A stretch of DNA of 54,288 bases, taken from the NCBI GenBank assembly GCA_025450175.1, contig JANWHY010000008.1, forward strand, positions 1 through 54,288, in the 5' to 3' direction. The position numbers were made by a program, and so were the translations under genes. This DNA is from Minisyncoccota bacterium. GTDB lineage: Bacteria; Patescibacteriota; Minisyncoccia; Phycocordibacterales; Zambryskibacteraceae. Under the pieces are notes generated by a model. It ran no database searches. It saw nothing but the letters and a program-made list of their open reading frames with translations, and had not been told where the DNA came from. Position 1 is the stretch's first letter, and each line of letters opens with the position of its first letter. Shown in pieces: positions 53,588 to 54,288 of this stretch.

Positions 53588-53906
53588 GTTTGAATTGGAT
53601 CGTCTTTGCATCTTCTGGTATTAAATTGGGAACTCTCTCAGGCCACTCGATGAGTATGATGTTGTCCGGATTCTCCACAATCTCCTCCCAGCCAAGATTC
53701 AAGAGCTCTTCTTCTTTTTCTAGCCGATAAGCATCAATGTGAATGAGTTTCTTAAAGCCGCGCCAATCTACTGGATAGATTTTCATTATTACAAAAGTGG
53801 GACTAATCATATTCTCTACAACCCCCATCACTTTGCCAAAATTTTGGGCAAAAGTGGTCTTACCGGAGCCTAATTCCCCTTGGAGAGCGATAACGGTGGC
53901 TTTCAT
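53577..53906 (-). CDS. tsaE: tRNA t6A37 biosynthesis ATPase TsaE (YjeE)
   Basis: LQGELGSGKTTF, SPTF and HIDAYRL motifs. The protein is 109 aa. Confidence 0.85.
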   Translation of the reverse strand: MKATVIALQGELGSGKTTFAQNFGKVMGVVENMISPTFVIMKIYPVDWRGFKKLIHIDAYRLEKEEELLNLGWEEIVENPDNIILIEWPERVPNLIPEDAKTIQFKHEK

Positions 53907-53935
53907 GTCGGCATTTTAACATTTTGGCATTAAGA

Positions 53936-53961
53936 AAGGGCGGGTCTTCGGACCCGCCCTT
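53936..53961 (-). terminator. Rho-independent terminator after the partial right-edge ORF
   Basis: aagggcgggtc-ttcg-gacccgccctt, followed on the minus strand by tcttaat. Confidence 0.7.
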
Positions 53962-53972
53962 TGGCTAACGTA

Positions 53973-54288
53973 TTAACGAACCTGGCTGGGGCATCGCACC
54001 CCTTGAGGTGAATCGAGTCGGTCAATCTGGATGGTTCCAGCCTCCCTAGTCCCGTTGTAAGTATCCACCCACTCTCTCACTTCTCGAGAGCCGACAAACA
54101 CTTGGCCGTCGACATCCGCAAAGGCCTTGATGAGAGCGTAGACCTCACGCGAAGAGCCACTAAAGGCGCGCGACTCAAGAGGGAGAGAGGCGAACCTGCC
54201 ATATGCAAGGTTCCCCACCATCCGACCATAGGCATTCCAGATCTCGAGCCTCGGGGCACAGTTATTCTGAAAACCTTTGACCACTCCG
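53973..54288 (-). CDS. Hypothetical protein, C-terminal part (5' end outside the window)
   Basis: The reading frame stays open to the window edge. The sequence is GC-rich, no motif was recognised, and a terminator follows. Confidence 0.4.
   Translation of the reverse strand, partial: GVVKGFQNNCAPRLEIWNAYGRMVGNLAYGRFASLPLESRAFSGSSREVYALIKAFADVDGQVFVGSREVREWVDTYNGTREAGTIQIDRLDSPQGVRCPSQVR

Overview
This is a 54.3-kb, gene-dense chromosomal segment with about 62 CDS, roughly 80% of them on the minus strand. It uses the standard genetic code: TGA acts as a stop in folA and polA. Nearly all content is housekeeping. There is a partial 23S rRNA at the left edge, 8 tRNAs, and ribosomal protein genes (S6-SSB-S18, SecE-NusG-L11, L19, S20). 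There are four aminoacyl-tRNA synthetases (Met, Gly, Ile, Arg) and replication/repair genes (FtsK, RecA, RecO, RuvA, RuvX, Fpg, Mpg, PolA, HolA-like). Nucleotide salvage is represented by Gmk, an HD nucleotidase, ThyA-FolA, HIT and dCMP deaminase. The window also holds a GH130/PMI/PMM mannoside module, ComEA and PilMNO. The truncated core enzymes, the S/T-rich peptidoglycan-binding surface proteins and the DNA-uptake genes fit best with a Candidate Phyla Radiation (Patescibacteria, Parcubacteria-like) genome; this is an inference. I saw no CRISPR array, transposase, integrase, reverse transcriptase or prophage genes. The most unusual items are: (1) an isoleucyl-tRNA synthetase carrying a ~190-aa insertion with a complete histidine-phosphatase (PGAM-type) catalytic signature; (2) a perfect cloverleaf tRNA-His (G-1:C73, GUG) whose D and T loops are non-canonical (AGCAGCA / GGCAGCA), sitting 1 nt upstream of an ORF start codon; (3) a 43-aa hydrophobic peptide gene, absent from the ORF track, with a near-consensus promoter and SD, convergent on recA; (4) three GH130 modules plus a cupin PMI and a eukaryote-type PMM, one GH130 bearing a 70-aa polybasic tail; (5) a bacterial tRNA-Arg with a GCG anticodon; (6) a 20-bp perfect inverted repeat built from the last codons of rplS; (7) a gene-by-gene GC mosaic of about 30-35% versus 50-60%.
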